Positions 63,333 to 64,000 of a stretch of 64,000 nucleotides of DNA are shown piece by piece. Under the pieces are notes generated by a model, which was not told the DNA's origin, made no database searches, and saw nothing but the letters and a program-made list of their open reading frames with translations. Both the position numbers and the translations under genes were made by a program. Within the stretch, counting starts at the first letter, position 1. Each line of letters begins with the position of its first letter. Source of the stretch: Pseudomonadota bacterium (lineage in GTDB: Bacteria > Pseudomonadota > Alphaproteobacteria > G022571365); contig JACZXZ010000007.1 of the NCBI GenBank assembly GCA_022571365.1, positions 3,366 through 67,365 of the forward strand, in the 5' to 3' direction.

Positions 63333-64000
63333 ATGGAGCGATTTTCGCCGCACGCCCGGGGCCTCCTGATCGCAGGAGCCGGGGCCCTCTGTTTCACCCC
63401 CGACACCCTCTTGATCCGCCTGGTCGGAACCGGGACCTGGGAGCTGGTGTTCTGGCGCTCGGTCTTCGTGTTATTGGCCATTTCCCTGTTCCTGGGGACC
63501 CGGTACGGCCGGACCCTGCCGTCGGTCGTCCGTGCCGGCGGGGCGGCCCTGGTCCTCTCCGCCGCCCTGTCCGTCCTGACCACGGTCCTCTTCATTTTCG
63601 CCGTGGCCAACACCCGGGTGGCCAACGTCCTGATCATCCTGAGCACGGCACCCTTCTTCGCCGCCGTCTTCTCCAGGCTCTTCCTGGGCGAGACGGTGCC
63701 CCGGCGCACCTGGGCGGCGATCCTGGCGGCGGCCGCGGGAATGGCCATCGTCTTCTACGATTCCCTGGGCGGCGGCCGGTTGACGGGCGATCTCCTGGCC
63801 TTCGGCGCCACTTGCGCGGTCGGCGGAAACCTCGTCGTGCTGCGGGGGGCGAAGCGGGTCGACATGATCCCCGCCTATGGCATCGGCGCCGTGGCGGCGG
63901 CGGTCTGCTCGGCGCCCCTGGTGACTACTTTCGCCCTTTCGGCCGCCGATCTCGGATGGTTCATCCTCATGGGCATTGTCGTCGCCACCGCCTTCGCCCT
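63333..64000 (+). CDS. DMT-superfamily (EamA-like) transporter, 3'-truncated at window edge
   Basis: ATG 63333 gives MERFSPHARGLLIAGAGALCFTPDTLLIRL..., a multi-TM hydrophobic protein open to the window end. Not in the ORF track because no stop is reached. Confidence 0.55.
   Translation, partial: MERFSPHARGLLIAGAGALCFTPDTLLIRLVGTGTWELVFWRSVFVLLAISLFLGTRYGRTLPSVVRAGGAALVLSAALSVLTTVLFIFAVANTRVANVLIILSTAPFFAAVFSRLFLGETVPRRTWAAILAAAAGMAIVFYDSLGGGRLTGDLLAFGATCAVGGNLVVLRGAKRVDMIPAYGIGAVAAAVCSAPLVTTFALSAADLGWFILMGIVVATAFA

Overview
High-GC (~65-70%) alphaproteobacterial chromosome segment (gene order and protein similarity suggest a Rhodospirillales-like organism). The centre (25.8-58.2 kb) is the conserved translation/transcription superoperon: tRNA-Tyr, tRNA-Gly, tuf, tRNA-Trp, secE-nusG-rplKAJL-rpoBC, then str (rpsL-rpsG-fusA-tuf), S10, spc and alpha operons (rpsJ ... 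secY-adk-rpsM-rpsK-rpoA-rplQ), with two near-identical tuf copies. The left arm carries argH (partial), a small lipoprotein, lysA, an NAD-epimerase, an acyl-CoA ligase, pepF, an ABC1-family kinase, pntAA-pntAB-pntB, an aspartate aminotransferase, the O2-independent ubiquinone genes ubiT-ubiU-ubiV, two Fe(II) dioxygenases, a pentaheme c-type cytochrome, a GT4 sugar-phosphate transferase and rlmB. The right arm carries a flavin amine oxidase, a GNAT acetyltransferase, degP/htrA, rarA and a partial DMT transporter. Observations not explained by the gene calls: (1) a low-GC two-gene cassette of unknown function (signal-peptide protein plus a protein with a C-terminal peptidoglycan-binding-like motif) next to what looks like an internally deleted conserved gene; (2) three FNR/FixK-type palindromic boxes (TTGAT-N4-ATCAA) upstream of pntAB, ubiTUV and the dioxygenase pair, suggesting an oxygen-responsive regulon; (3) a ~30% GC island upstream of the cytochrome gene; (4) several tandem duplications touching gene ends: a 65-bp duplication creating a 22-codon uORF in front of rpsH, a 27-bp x3 repeat of the rlmB terminus, and 30-bp repeats giving rplO a long C-terminal extension; (5) a heptamer tandem repeat flanked by 18-bp inverted repeats; (6) a chimeric degP promoter/internal fragment 2.2 kb upstream of degP, flanking a GNAT plus amine-oxidase insertion. 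No CRISPR arrays, transposases or integrases were recognised.
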